Source: a virus
Lineage: Duplodnaviria; Caudoviricetes
Direction: 5' to 3' (one strand)
Virus record (IMG/VR): IMGVR_UViG_3300044580_000315
Location: 1 to 47,121 of that record
DNA: 47,121 nucleotides
Of this stretch, positions 15,472-26,054 are shown in pieces (position 1 is the stretch's first letter; each line of letters begins with the position of its first letter). Under the pieces are notes generated by a model. The model was given only the letters and a program-made list of their open reading frames with translations, did no database searches and was not told the DNA's origin. Position numbers and translations under genes: made by a program.

Positions 15472-18400
15472 TCAATACTTGTTGACCAAATCTTCTATGA
15501 CCTTGCCATTTGGCCCCTGGTTGGAACTTCTCGCCGCAGCAGCTTCCTGTTCTGCCGGTGTATAGAACGACACTCCACCAGACTCGGGAGTCTTTCCAAA
15601 GAGCTTGCCCAACCAGCCCACTGCCTTATCGGGATTTTTCTGAGCCATAGCAATCCACTTGGCAAGCCCATCAAATCCACCTGCTACTGCCATTTGCTGT
15701 AAAAGAGCGTTGTAAGTATTAATTCCTTGGTAAGCTCCAGAAGTTTCCATATACTTGTCAAACTCCTGTTTCGTTTTTATATCGTTCCAATCTACTTTCC
15801 CACCTTTGGAAGAAATAAAGCCTGCTATTGCGTCTTTTCTAAGTGTAGCTGAAGTCGCACTTGCGTCCTCGAGGAACTTCGACACAGCATTGCTCAAGTC
15901 CGCGCTCATCTTAGCGGAGGCAGTCATTTGCTGTGCAATAGCTAACTGAGTATTGGCAATAGCTTCCTTTTCTCTTATCTGCAACTCAGCTTTGGAGAGC
16001 ATTCTTGTCTCTTTATTCGCAACCATAGTTGCATAGTTCTCGCCAAACGCAAAGAAAGACTGCTCAATCGGCATGTTCTGCACATAATCCGTGAGCTTCT
16101 TAATCATCTCAGCTCTGCCCTGCGAGTCAAGGTTATGCCACTCTTGTCGCATCCAGCTGCCGGCCACCGCCGCATCCCTATAGGCCTGAGACTTCTCGGC
16201 AAAGCTTTTAGTGCTACCTGTGAAAAACTGTCTTAGATTCTCAAAAACGCCAACAGCCTTTTCCTGGGAAACCTGCGGGCCAGTGTAAACTCCAGTGCTC
16301 TTCCCGTAGGGAGCATTCTGCGCTTTCTTGTCTATAACAATAGCGTTAAGGTCAGGCAATTCACCAAGTAGTTGCGATGCAGCATCTTTTGAAGTTTGAT
16401 CTGCATTAGGATCATTCATTGCTGCCGCAGCCTGCTGCACTTTCACAGGTTTCTGCTTACTTAGCTCCGAGACAGTTTTCATAGTCTGAGTAACAATATC
16501 GGCTTTCTCCTTATCTGTTTTTGCGCTACTAATCTTCTGCAGCATACTTTTTACTGCGGGGTAGTAAGGAGAATCTGAAGGCAGAGTTTCGATATTTGCG
16601 ACAGAGACACCTATTGTTTTGGCCAATTGTCCAAGATTAGCACTGAAAGCCAGATTGCTATTGACATCAGAACCTTGAGGAGTAAGAAGAGTATTTGAGG
16701 GAGCATTTTTTACATCCAGTGCAGTCTTGAATGCATCTCCCTTATCCACACCCTGAGCCCAAAGGATTTTAATCATCTCTGCAGCTTTGGGGTCTTTTGC
16801 CGCATCGCTGAAAGTAAAATACTTTGTCCCTAGCTGCTTATTGATGCTGCTGAGTTGTGTCTGTAAATACATCGCAGTTCCCTGCAAAGCTCCATTCATT
16901 TGGCCTTTTTCCATAACCCCATCTAAAGAAAGAGCCATGCTATCTGCACTTATTATTCCACTTGAAGGGCTTTTGTCCGCGACACTAATTCCTCTTGCCT
17001 TAAGTCCTTGCTCAAATGCCTGATAACTGGTATCGCCAGCCGCGCTTGACTGCCCTCCAATACTAATAAACATTTTGTCGAAGCCAATAGGAGCATCCTG
17101 AAAATTTTTCCAGCCTTCGGGAGGCGGAGCACCAATAGGCAAGCTAAAGTTCTGAATGATTATTTGGCCTTGGCCTTGCGCCTGCTCAAAATTTGTCGTA
17201 GGTCTCCAGAATACTCTATCAACCACTTTTCCTTTCATGGCAGGGTCTTTGCTTGCAATAGCAAACATGACCTTATCCAGCGGCTTCAAGTCTCCTCTTT
17301 CAGCCAACTTCAAAGCAAACTTAACTCTCGGGTCATCTTTGTTTTGAGCTACATAGCTAAGGTCAATGCCTGAAGGAAGAGTCGCATTCTTCTGACTCCA
17401 TCCCTCTTCAGGAGTAATCTCCCTGCCGCTGATAGCCTTATAGACTTCAGCAATCTGAGCACCTACATTCAACTCAGCTGAGGAGAGAGGAGGAGACGCC
17501 GGTGCGCCGCTCGGGGTAACTTGAGAGGCCTGAGTAGCAGTTTGAGGAGCTACACTTCCAATCACTTTATTTCTATCAGAAAATTGCTGCTCAGCCTGTT
17601 GTCTCTGAAGCATCTGCTGCGAGGCGCTTTCCCACGGCCTTACTTGAGTATATTGTTGTAAATTAGATTGTTGCTGTTGCGGAACTATTTGAGGCTGGAC
17701 TTGCTGTGGGTAAGGAGCCCCTGCATTGCCTTGAGCCTGAGCTTGTGCTCGAGCCTGTTGTGCTGGAGAAGGCCCTTGCGCCATTACACCCTGGCCCGGA
17801 ACTTGCTGCTGTTTTTGGCTTGAAAGCTGCTGGCCAATTCGTGCCATAGCCGCCAACTGAGTTGCCAGGTCTTTACTCAAAGTAATGGTACCGTCCCCAT
17901 TGTCTCTTGCCTGCTGTTGAGGAGAGAGAGAGGAGCCTGCTGCCTGCGGCTGATTTTCTTGAGGAGTTGCTTGAGGTATAACTTGAGGCTGGGCTTGAAT
18001 ATTGCCTTGGCCCTGGCTTTGGGCCTGAGAAACAACCTGTCCGCCAATTCGTGCGAGCGCACCAATCTGCTGGAAAAGATCAGTGCCGAGGGTCACCGTG
18101 CCGTTGCCGTTGTCGACAAGCGGCTGGCCTTGCCCTTGGCTAGGCGCACCTTGTGGCTGAGGAGCGGTATAGCCTGCGCCTTCCATCGGCCTTCCGCCAA
18201 TACCAATCTGCCCAGGGCCTTGCTGAATAGCACCTGGGGCTGTTCTGGCTGGGGCTCCTCCTTCTCTCCTAACGCCAGTGCTTCCGCCTGCTTTACCAGT
18301 GATGTCAGACTCAATACCTGGCCACCAGTAATTAGGGAGGCCGTTACTACTACCGCCACTACCAGTGTTGTCTGAGCCTGTGGGCTTGGGAGGAGTAGAC

Positions 18401-18864
18401 GGTGTAACTGGCTTTTCAGGAGTTGTGGGAGTTGTGGCAGTTTCAGCGGGATTTGGAGGCTTTTCCGCTTGGCCTTGTGAGGTAAAATCAGGCGCCCTGC
18501 TAAACTCATAAACAACCTTGTCGAGAATGGTAGGGTCTTCGGAAATAATTCTATTAACAAACTCATCGAGCTTATTACCTCGAAATAAATCACTACCTGT
18601 GGCGTCACCTAAAACAGACATAGCCGCTTTGAAGAGGTTTTGGCCTTGGGTAGTGTGCGCAATGTAGTCGTGGGGAGTTCCGCCCCATTGAGCCGCGAGA
18701 GCATTGATGGTCTGCATCATTGAAGAGTAGTTACTGAGAGCAGTAGTTTTTGCGGCAGTTTTGTTCTTCTGCAAGTCGGAGAAAAGGGCTCCGAGCTGCA
18801 TAAGAGAGTCTCTAATATCTTTTCCAGCGTCATCAGTTACCACATTTGCACTTATAACTGGCAT
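15472..18864 (-). CDS. Internal virion / ejection protein with a long Q/P/G-rich disordered region (1130 aa)
   Basis: Synteny. Low-complexity middle region containing two DNGxGTxTLxxDL...ARIG repeats. Confidence 0.6.
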   Translation of the reverse strand: MPVISANVVTDDAGKDIRDSLMQLGALFSDLQKNKTAAKTTALSNYSSMMQTINALAAQWGGTPHDYIAHTTQGQNLFKAAMSVLGDATGSDLFRGNKLDEFVNRIISEDPTILDKVVYEFSRAPDFTSQGQAEKPPNPAETATTPTTPEKPVTPSTPPKPTGSDNTGSGGSSNGLPNYWWPGIESDITGKAGGSTGVRREGGAPARTAPGAIQQGPGQIGIGGRPMEGAGYTAPQPQGAPSQGQGQPLVDNGNGTVTLGTDLFQQIGALARIGGQVVSQAQSQGQGNIQAQPQVIPQATPQENQPQAAGSSLSPQQQARDNGDGTITLSKDLATQLAAMARIGQQLSSQKQQQVPGQGVMAQGPSPAQQARAQAQAQGNAGAPYPQQVQPQIVPQQQQSNLQQYTQVRPWESASQQMLQRQQAEQQFSDRNKVIGSVAPQTATQASQVTPSGAPASPPLSSAELNVGAQIAEVYKAISGREITPEEGWSQKNATLPSGIDLSYVAQNKDDPRVKFALKLAERGDLKPLDKVMFAIASKDPAMKGKVVDRVFWRPTTNFEQAQGQGQIIIQNFSLPIGAPPPEGWKNFQDAPIGFDKMFISIGGQSSAAGDTSYQAFEQGLKARGISVADKSPSSGIISADSMALSLDGVMEKGQMNGALQGTAMYLQTQLSSINKQLGTKYFTFSDAAKDPKAAEMIKILWAQGVDKGDAFKTALDVKNAPSNTLLTPQGSDVNSNLAFSANLGQLAKTIGVSVANIETLPSDSPYYPAVKSMLQKISSAKTDKEKADIVTQTMKTVSELSKQKPVKVQQAAAAMNDPNADQTSKDAASQLLGELPDLNAIVIDKKAQNAPYGKSTGVYTGPQVSQEKAVGVFENLRQFFTGSTKSFAEKSQAYRDAAVAGSWMRQEWHNLDSQGRAEMIKKLTDYVQNMPIEQSFFAFGENYATMVANKETRMLSKAELQIREKEAIANTQLAIAQQMTASAKMSADLSNAVSKFLEDASATSATLRKDAIAGFISSKGGKVDWNDIKTKQEFDKYMETSGAYQGINTYNALLQQMAVAGGFDGLAKWIAMAQKNPDKAVGWLGKLFGKTPESGGVSFYTPAEQEAAAARSSNQGPNGKVIEDLVNKY

Positions 18865-18880
18865 TTATTTCTCCTTAGAA

Positions 18881-19750
18881 TTAGAGTACTTTAGAAAGGA
18901 TTGGAGCAGCGGCCCCAACAGCTCCAATAAGATAGTCAAGAGCACCTGGCTGTTTCGCATAAGTCGGGTTGTAATACTGAGGCTGCGAGAGACTGGCAAT
19001 AAGATTCTGTGCGTTTGCTCCAAGTTGAGCTTGGGTCGAGCCAATGTTGAAGAGGCCACTGAGAGCGGCAAGCTGTTGAGTCGATTGTGCATTCATACCT
19101 TGAAGGCCGAGTTGTTGAGCTACTTGGGCCAAGTTAGCTGCATTGGTATAGCCTTGAGTGAGGCCGCTAAGAGAACCTTGCTGCAAGATACCAAGCTGGT
19201 TTTGCATTGCCTGGGCTCTTGTTTGTGCAAGCTGTGTCTCCGCATTGAGAAGAGGGTTGACCATAGCTTGAGTAAGGGCTGAGACACCAGAGCCAGAGTT
19301 GAGAAGGCCAGCAGCTGCCAGCTGATCTGCGGCCTGCTGCTTTGCCTGTTGCGACATGGCCTGGGCTTGCTCTCTTGTAGAAGAGTAAGTATCCGAGAGC
19401 AAGTCATTTACATTCTGATTCGCTTGCCGGGCAATAGCATTCTGTTGCGAGAGCCAAGTGTTGTTGATGGTGTTGGGGTCAAAGTTGTTGGTTGCGCTCG
19501 CCAAGGAAGAGTAAAGGCCACTATTGCCAAGAAGACCTTTTATGAAATTGGAGTAGTTGCTAGTATTGTCGTAAAGCTGCTGGTAATTGCTGCCAAGACT
19601 TTGAAGCAAGCTATTGCCTTGGGAAAAGTTGCTTCCCATAGAAGAGTAGAGGTTTTGTAAGATATTATTATACTCACCACTATTGAGGAGGGTCACATCG
19701 CTTGCAGAGCCTACAGGGACATAACTACCTGTCCAAAAGTTAGTAGCCAT
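18881..19750 (-). CDS. Internal virion / ejection protein (Q/A/N-rich, helical)
   Basis: Composition and position after the nozzle gene. Confidence 0.6.
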   Translation of the reverse strand: MATNFWTGSYVPVGSASDVTLLNSGEYNNILQNLYSSMGSNFSQGNSLLQSLGSNYQQLYDNTSNYSNFIKGLLGNSGLYSSLASATNNFDPNTINNTWLSQQNAIARQANQNVNDLLSDTYSSTREQAQAMSQQAKQQAADQLAAAGLLNSGSGVSALTQAMVNPLLNAETQLAQTRAQAMQNQLGILQQGSLSGLTQGYTNAANLAQVAQQLGLQGMNAQSTQQLAALSGLFNIGSTQAQLGANAQNLIASLSQPQYYNPTYAKQPGALDYLIGAVGAAAPILSKVL

Positions 19751-21654
19751 TATTGAGCCCTCCTATATTCCTTATTCGTTCTCATCTTCAGCCTCATTGT
19801 GATCTCCAAAATGCTCCACGGCGGAGCTATGTTATTCGTTACGCCATCTTCAATTCCCGAAGTTATTCTAAACCGAGCGGTCGAAGAAGTCAACCTGAAG
19901 GACAGCTTATCTTCGTCTTCTTCTGGAGTAAATGACAGCGTGCCGATGTTTTTCCATGTTCTACCCCTGTTGCCACTTGCTTCAACTTTGAAGTTGAGGT
20001 CTTGAGTTATGGGGTAAAGAACTCTGAAACCTATCTCGAGGAAAGTCTTGGTATCTTCAGGGCCGCCGAAGTCAAAGTCCTGAGTCTCTATTTTAGAGTA
20101 AATGGGAAAAGTGCCGCTGACGGTAGTATGCTCTGTGGCCTTGCCGTTGTAATAGTAAACATAGCCATCATAAGTAATGCCGAAGAGCCTGAACTCTTCA
20201 AAAGTTGCCGAGAAAGTATCAATGGCCATAGAAGAGATAGGGCTTACATCATATGACCAGCTAGGGTCTAAGCTGTCTGGAGTATAGAACTTGCTGAAAA
20301 GATTGTATGTAAGGCAGCTCATAGGGAAGCCCGACATTTTTGACCAGCTTTTCGTCTTATAATTGAAGAGCCAAAAATTGTCTAGCTCGGTAGTTTTTGA
20401 GGTGGCAACTACAAGGAAACTGTCAAAAACATCATTCACAATGACTGTTTTCTTAAGGTCTACCTCTGGATCGTAGAAGTCCCTGGTCACAGGCATTCCT
20501 GCCCTTTGAAAGGCAGGAGCAGAGGAGGAGCCCTGCGAAGTTATCGTGTAAAGATCGTCCTGGCCCACGAAAACTATGGCGCCAAGAAGTGTTGAAATAG
20601 CTCTCGGGCTCACTGCGGTGATACCACCTGTGGGTGCCTCATAAAAGACATAGGGTATCCCAATCATGTTGGTTTCAACACCGTAGTAAATAGTGTCTTC
20701 TGCGAAAATTATCAAGATGTCGTTGATGCCGACTATAGTATTGAGGCCACCTTGCCGATAAGGAAGGTCTATATAGTAAGTTGCGCTTGAATAATGCCAA
20801 TCGAGTACTTCTGTCCAGCGTACTCTCTGACGCATTCTTGTCGAGGAGTCTTCCTGCACATTGACAAACCAAAGCCTGTCTTTGAAGAAAAAGATTGACT
20901 TTGCAGTAAGCAAGGTTTTGGTGCTGTCAGTCGAAGACTCTTTTAAAATTATGGAGTTGCAATATTCTGAAGAACTGTCCAGCTCTCCATACACAAAAAC
21001 AAAAGGAGTTGAGTTGTCGACAATAAAAACAGAGTTTTTACCGGTAGTCCAGCTCGGAGTATCCTTGAAAGGCCGGAGCACTTTAAAAGCTGTTGGCGTA
21101 GTAGAAGGCTTTCCTGCGACAGTAATGAGATAGTCTGAACCAGAGACAATTGCGGTCTTCACTTGGTAAATATCGTCAACAAGATAAATCCAGTCATTGT
21201 CCGACAGCTCTGCGTCTGAAAAGTCAGCTGCCGGAGTCGTTATAATAGCATCATCACCACTGCCATTATAGGTGAAAGAAGTAAACTCTTTTTTCCAATA
21301 GATAGGAAACCAGTTGTCGGAGAGGTTTGCATATAAACACTTTGAGGTAATGGCGAGAGTCTGCGCAGAGCCGTTGGCAAGAGAGAAAGTAATAAGACCG
21401 AGAGGCGTCTCGCTCAAATGCCTTGTGGCATCGGGATCAAGGTTTGAGAAGAAAAAAGGTATCTTATTAGCTGAGAAAACCTGGAAGCCGCCTACTCGAG
21501 TGAGGCCTTGTGGCGACACATAAACCCCATCAAGCTCTCTGAAAGAGTCGTAGTCAAGGGCAGAGGAAGGGCCGTCAGAAATCATTCCTTTTTGTAAGGG
21601 CCTTATGCCAAAACTCACTGGAGTTCCAGGAGTAAAATCTTGTTTTGTGACCAT
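19750..21654 (-). CDS. Tail nozzle / DNA stabilisation protein (P22 gp10 / T7 gp12-like)
   Basis: Beta-propeller-like 634-aa protein with FFKDRLWF, RVRWT, FNYKTKSWS and TQDFDFG..K.F motifs. Confidence 0.7.
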   Translation of the reverse strand: MVTKQDFTPGTPVSFGIRPLQKGMISDGPSSALDYDSFRELDGVYVSPQGLTRVGGFQVFSANKIPFFFSNLDPDATRHLSETPLGLITFSLANGSAQTLAITSKCLYANLSDNWFPIYWKKEFTSFTYNGSGDDAIITTPAADFSDAELSDNDWIYLVDDIYQVKTAIVSGSDYLITVAGKPSTTPTAFKVLRPFKDTPSWTTGKNSVFIVDNSTPFVFVYGELDSSSEYCNSIILKESSTDSTKTLLTAKSIFFFKDRLWFVNVQEDSSTRMRQRVRWTEVLDWHYSSATYYIDLPYRQGGLNTIVGINDILIIFAEDTIYYGVETNMIGIPYVFYEAPTGGITAVSPRAISTLLGAIVFVGQDDLYTITSQGSSSAPAFQRAGMPVTRDFYDPEVDLKKTVIVNDVFDSFLVVATSKTTELDNFWLFNYKTKSWSKMSGFPMSCLTYNLFSKFYTPDSLDPSWSYDVSPISSMAIDTFSATFEEFRLFGITYDGYVYYYNGKATEHTTVSGTFPIYSKIETQDFDFGGPEDTKTFLEIGFRVLYPITQDLNFKVEASGNRGRTWKNIGTLSFTPEEDEDKLSFRLTSSTARFRITSGIEDGVTNNIAPPWSILEITMRLKMRTNKEYRRAQ

Positions 21655-21665
21655 TTAACCCCTCC

Positions 21666-21962
21666 TCACAAAGCCAAAGAAATACTTGAGGAAGCCGAAG
21701 AGCCTTTAGTAATAGTGACAGTGCCCAAGCTTCCTGAAATGTCGAGGCCAAAGAAGTTAATAGTAGTGGCATCGACTCTCTCGGCCCTACTGAAAATGAC
21801 AATAGTAGTACCCGTGTTGATAACGCCACTCACTTTCATAGCGTCTCCAGTCGCCTTTATGTAGTTGTTCATAAAAGTAAATATTTCATCGTCGGTTTTT
21901 GATCCGTAAAGGTATCCAGCTGGAGCAAATCCCTGAGATGCCTGAACTTTCCTAGAGTTCAT
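21666..21962 (-). CDS. Hypothetical structural protein
   Basis: ORF fitting tightly within the operon. Confidence 0.55.
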   Translation of the reverse strand: MNSRKVQASQGFAPAGYLYGSKTDDEIFTFMNNYIKATGDAMKVSGVINTGTTIVIFSRAERVDATTINFFGLDISGSLGTVTITKGSSASSSISLAL

Positions 21963-21964
21963 TT

Positions 21965-22582
21965 TTAAGCCTCAAGCCAAATATCGCCGTCAGCTGGAGA
22001 TGAAGGCCTTGAAGTCCTTATCTTCAATGCAGTTGTTGCAGTAGTCGCAGTAGTCGCTGAACTTGCACTCCCTGCTGAAGAGGCGTAATTTACCGACTGA
22101 GAACCTATATTACTTGAAGTAATCGCAGAAGAAGCAGGCTGGTAATAAGAACCGTGGTTGCCGTCGAGCTTATCCGCATTAAGGTCAGTAAGGGGCTGAG
22201 TCGCAAGGCCTACCAAAGCCGCAAGGACATCTGATCCAGTTGTAGGAATTTTTACCCAAGTAGTTCCATTGTGGTAGTAAAGGTCTCCGGTAGGCACATC
22301 GCTACCGTCAACTACTATCCAAATCCTTCCTTTAAGGCCAATATCAGCCGCATCATCAGGCAGCGAAGAAGCGTCAGGAGAGGAGGAGGAGACGAAAACT
22401 CGCGCTGAGCCCTGTTTGTGCATACCTTGCCGAGTAAGCTCTGAAGTGCTGGTGCCAAAAAGGTGCTCTTTCTTAACTCGAGCCCTTACCTCAACACGAG
22501 TCGATCTGATTTCGTCGTCCATAGAGCCCAAAGACTCGGAGCCCGCAGGCTGGCTCTCATAAAGTGATGTCCAGTTCGCCAT
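21965..22582 (-). CDS. Tail-associated (fibre/needle-like) protein
   Basis: YYHNGTTW, LNADKLDG.H and P..PADGDIW motifs, which are common in phage tail fibres. Confidence 0.65.
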   Translation of the reverse strand: MANWTSLYESQPAGSESLGSMDDEIRSTRVEVRARVKKEHLFGTSTSELTRQGMHKQGSARVFVSSSSPDASSLPDDAADIGLKGRIWIVVDGSDVPTGDLYYHNGTTWVKIPTTGSDVLAALVGLATQPLTDLNADKLDGNHGSYYQPASSAITSSNIGSQSVNYASSAGSASSATTATTATTALKIRTSRPSSPADGDIWLEA

Positions 22583-22584
22583 AA

Positions 22585-23493
22585 TTACCTCCCTTCAGGA
22601 TAAATTTTGATTTGACCACTATGCTGCATATCGTCCTGGTGGTCATACTCGGTCATAATGCGCGCAAGAGATTCTTCAAGGTCTTTGCGAACAGCATATG
22701 CCTCATTACTTTCCTGGCTTCGCCTAAGTCCTTTCCAAATGCAATACAAAACAATAGCAGGGTGAAACTGCTCAGGCAGTTCTGGTATATCTGTCGTCGC
22801 AGAAAGTATTGCAGGCCCCCTCGAGTATTCTATGATATAGAGCTTGGCAAGCTCAGGATAAACATCAAAAACAAGGCCGTTGTAAAGTTTGTAGAAGCCG
22901 GTGGGAGTGCCGAGGTCAGTAGAAAAAGCTGGGTAAGAGCTTAACTGGCTCAACTCTGTGCTGGTTTCGGCGTCAATGACTCTCTTAATTTCTATAGGCT
23001 TTCCTTCAGCGGCAGTATAAGGGATTCCGACAAGGGCACTGCCCGCAGTCCATTTGAACTCTCGAGTATAAAAAGAGACCGACTGCCCAGTAGTTATAGA
23101 GCCTTCTTGTATTTGAGCTACAAAGTTTAGGCCATCTTGCCATAGCACTAGGCCATTACCTGTCGCAGATACAATAAGGTCTCCTTTGTGACTGCCAGAG
23201 AAACCCCAGCCACTTACAGAGAAAGTCGGTGTAACGGCAGTAATAGTGGCAGTATCGTGGAGAGCTACTTTCAAGGGGGCCCTTGCCTCGTGAAGGCGCA
23301 TCCTGATAATTCTACCAGAGGGCCATCGCCAATTGGCTATCGCATTGCAGGCCTCATTGACTTTAGCAACAAGCTTCGTCCAGCCAATCTTGGAGGTGTC
23401 GATGACTTGACCAACAGAATCGGAATAAATATCGAGGTCTGAAGGCTCTCCAAGAGCCTCGAAAACGTCAATAACTATGTCTCTTAAAGTCAT
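22585..23493 (-). CDS. Head-tail adaptor (tail tubular protein A-like)
   Basis: MTLRDIV N-terminus and VYP...Y..EY...P...PELPEQFHPAIV motif. Synteny. Confidence 0.7.
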   Translation of the reverse strand: MTLRDIVIDVFEALGEPSDLDIYSDSVGQVIDTSKIGWTKLVAKVNEACNAIANWRWPSGRIIRMRLHEARAPLKVALHDTATITAVTPTFSVSGWGFSGSHKGDLIVSATGNGLVLWQDGLNFVAQIQEGSITTGQSVSFYTREFKWTAGSALVGIPYTAAEGKPIEIKRVIDAETSTELSQLSSYPAFSTDLGTPTGFYKLYNGLVFDVYPELAKLYIIEYSRGPAILSATTDIPELPEQFHPAIVLYCIWKGLRRSQESNEAYAVRKDLEESLARIMTEYDHQDDMQHSGQIKIYPEGR

Positions 23494-23882
23494 TTGGCAT
23501 CCTCCTCACAGTAGTATTTGCCGTTTATTTTAGTCAGCTGAGAAATGGGGAAAAGGTCGTCGCACACTGCGCACACTTCAAGCCTCTCTTTCTGACCTTT
23601 CTTCGCGCCCCAATGCGCCCATGTCATATTGTAAGCCTCATAGCCTAGAGGAGCACTCTGCCCTTCAGGGAGCCACATGAGGTCAGGTAAGTCAGTTTCC
23701 AGGAGCACAGAGCCTTCAGGCTCAACATAATTGTCGAGGTCTCCTGAAGTAGAAGAGTCGCCGCCAAAAAACCACTCGTAACTGTCAAGGGTTTCAGGGT
23801 CTTTGAGGCCTATCTTTTTCCAAGCAAGAAAAGTGGTTGTGCCTACTGTTTTGCTTAACTGCTCGGTTACTAAGTTTTCCAT
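23490..23882 (-). CDS. Hypothetical protein with C-terminal Zn-finger-like segment
   Basis: CAVCDDLFP...GKYYC. Located directly after the capsid gene. Confidence 0.6.
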   Translation of the reverse strand: MENLVTEQLSKTVGTTTFLAWKKIGLKDPETLDSYEWFFGGDSSTSGDLDNYVEPEGSVLLETDLPDLMWLPEGQSAPLGYEAYNMTWAHWGAKKGQKERLEVCAVCDDLFPISQLTKINGKYYCEEDAK

Positions 23883-23897
23883 GTTTGCCTGCCAAAG

Positions 23898-23935
23898 AAA
23901 AAGGCTATCCGCACTTATTTTAGCACAGATAGCCT
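23898..23935 (-). terminator. Intrinsic terminator after the major capsid gene
   Basis: AGGCTATC...GATAGCCT stem followed by a T run on the minus strand. Confidence 0.6.
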
Positions 23936-23956
23936 CTTGTTGAAAGAGATTACAAC

Positions 23957-24922
23957 TTACGCACCAGAAGAACCGTAAGCTCCCTTGTAGTCAAAGGCAG
24001 CCGCCGCGAACCGCATTGTCAGCTTGTAGAGCATGTTGTCAGTGCGGAAGTCCGAAGAGCTCGCCATCGTCGGTTTCTTCTTCCAGTAGAACCTGAAGTC
24101 ATGCTGCGGGGAGAGCAGGAACCACGCGTCAGAGTCAGTAAGGTATCTACTCACAAATACCTTCCAGCCGTCCACAACGCCACTTGAAGGATTCACCGGA
24201 TTCGTCAGAGGGCTATCGCCCGCGAAGTGCTTGGAAGTGCTGTCATCGACAAGGCCCTTGGCAATGTCGGAGTAGTCCCACACCCTGCCAGTCGCCTTCA
24301 GAAGATCATTGGCAAGCCATTTTAGCGCAGTAGGAATCACCAGGAGATTCGGCTTAATCATGAGCTTCACGCCAGCTTCGTCCACTAAGTTGTCGAAATA
24401 CTCAAACGCAGCCTCGAGAGAGGTCGTCGAGAGGTCGGCAGAGCCCACGTTGGCAATGGTCGAGAGCGACTTGAGCGTAGTGTGAGAACCGAAGATTGCC
24501 ACACCATCCCACGCCAACTCGCTTGAGAATCCATTGTTGAACAGATTCCAGAAGTTTGTATCGGCGCAAACTGACGCGCTCCTCGAAAGACTTTCCGGTA
24601 TTTTTCGCGACATGGCGAAAAGCTCGTCCGCGCCCATCTCTTCAGTCACCTGGAAACCGAGGCCGTACTTGACGGTCTGAATAGTTTTCTTGTGGCCCTC
24701 GGCAGGCACATCAAACGTGATGGCCTCGCCCTCACCCATAGCTCTCAGAGAACCAAGACCCGAAATCTCGGCCTCGCTATAGGTTTTACCATCAGGGAAG
24801 TTCTCGACATGCGCAATGGCGGGGAATTCCTTGGGGTAATCTGCGTACTTGCCGTAGACCATCTTAGAGATAGTCTGGTCAAATTGGTACGCATAGTTGC
24901 TTCGATTCATGGGAACAGCCAT
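23957..24922 (-). CDS. Major capsid protein (HK97 fold, Mu gpT-like family)
   Basis: EGEAITFD, YGLGFQVTEE, WDGVAIF..H, PNLLVIP.AL, YLTDSDAWFL and G.YGS.GA C-terminus. Confidence 0.85.
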   Translation of the reverse strand: MAVPMNRSNYAYQFDQTISKMVYGKYADYPKEFPAIAHVENFPDGKTYSEAEISGLGSLRAMGEGEAITFDVPAEGHKKTIQTVKYGLGFQVTEEMGADELFAMSRKIPESLSRSASVCADTNFWNLFNNGFSSELAWDGVAIFGSHTTLKSLSTIANVGSADLSTTSLEAAFEYFDNLVDEAGVKLMIKPNLLVIPTALKWLANDLLKATGRVWDYSDIAKGLVDDSTSKHFAGDSPLTNPVNPSSGVVDGWKVFVSRYLTDSDAWFLLSPQHDFRFYWKKKPTMASSSDFRTDNMLYKLTMRFAAAAFDYKGAYGSSGA

Positions 24923-24935
24923 GTTCTACCTCCTA

Positions 24936-25388
24936 TTAGCCCAAGCAATTGCTGCGCACAAAGTACACAAGATACTTCCTATCCGCAGCCGCGCCGAGCA
25001 CGCCCGCAATAATAACCTTATTACCTTTGTTGGTAATGGTTCCGCCTACCGCAACTTTCATCGAAGTGTCGATGTAAGTCGTCGCCAGAGACGCCTTCGT
25101 GATGTCGGTATCCGCTGCAGCATCCGCCAGCCACACTTCATTTGGGCCACCCTGCACCTTCTGAATGAGAATGCTATCTCCCGCCGAAGAAGCGGCACTA
25201 CATGCCACACCGAAAACAGCGTCAGAGTCGCCCTGACCACCAGTAATCTTAGCAACACGACCAGTCGTATCACCCGAGACACCGGCAGCCATCTTCACAA
25301 CGTCGCCCACAGCAATGGCAGCAGTGGCCTTCATCGTGACCAATTCCTGCGTCGCATCGTTTAGGGGTTTGTACAGTTGAAAAGCCAT
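24936..25388 (-). CDS. Capsid decoration / cement-like protein
   Basis: AIAVGDVV...VFGVA...AGD pattern. Directly upstream of the capsid gene. Confidence 0.6.
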   Translation of the reverse strand: MAFQLYKPLNDATQELVTMKATAAIAVGDVVKMAAGVSGDTTGRVAKITGGQGDSDAVFGVACSAASSAGDSILIQKVQGGPNEVWLADAAADTDITKASLATTYIDTSMKVAVGGTITNKGNKVIIAGVLGAAADRKYLVYFVRSNCLG

Positions 25389-25400
25389 AGCTACCTCCTA

Positions 25401-26054
25401 TCAAGTCCTTTCTTCCCAATCTTGTCCGTTTTTCTCGGACTCCAAAAATCCCTGACCCCCTACGGAGTCAATTTCTGCCTTGCCTGACTTCCTCCAAGAG
25501 CCTGCCATCTCCTGATTCACCTTGACTTTTGCCTTCTGCCTCTCGTTAAAGATGCTTACCGGCACTTTCATGGCGACCAGTTCAGTCTGGCCGAGCTTGG
25601 AAATCTCATAGTGGCCCGCTTTCGCGTCCAGGAAGCTCTTGGCCTCGTCTTTTTTGACCATGCTGTAGCCAAGTTCCTGCATTTTGCTCACGTTATCCGG
25701 CCTAACCCACCTTATCTTGAACTTTCTGCCGTCCACTTTGATGTTAAGGCGATCAGACGCGCTTCCCATGAGCTGTTTATCCACTGTGAACTTCTCCACA
25801 AACTGAGCGTGCTCCTCCCCTCTCCACGCATCGTGAAATTCCTTGGCAAAGGAGTATCTCTGCTTGTTGTCCTTCCCTAATTGCGCGACAACCCTGTCGT
25901 CGAGCTGCACAAAGCCTTCTTTCGCATCGAAGACCAGTACCGCCCCTGCTTGATCCAATTCTACAAGCTCCTCAGGATTGAAGGAATCGGAAACTATAAA
26001 CTTTTCTCCACTTTTCACAGTTTTTGTCCCTTTTTCGGTAACAACAGTACTCAT
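25401..26054 (-). CDS. Hypothetical head-module protein
   Basis: 217-aa ORF coupled between scaffold and decoration genes. Confidence 0.6.
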   Translation of the reverse strand: MSTVVTEKGTKTVKSGEKFIVSDSFNPEELVELDQAGAVLVFDAKEGFVQLDDRVVAQLGKDNKQRYSFAKEFHDAWRGEEHAQFVEKFTVDKQLMGSASDRLNIKVDGRKFKIRWVRPDNVSKMQELGYSMVKKDEAKSFLDAKAGHYEISKLGQTELVAMKVPVSIFNERQKAKVKVNQEMAGSWRKSGKAEIDSVGGQGFLESEKNGQDWEERT

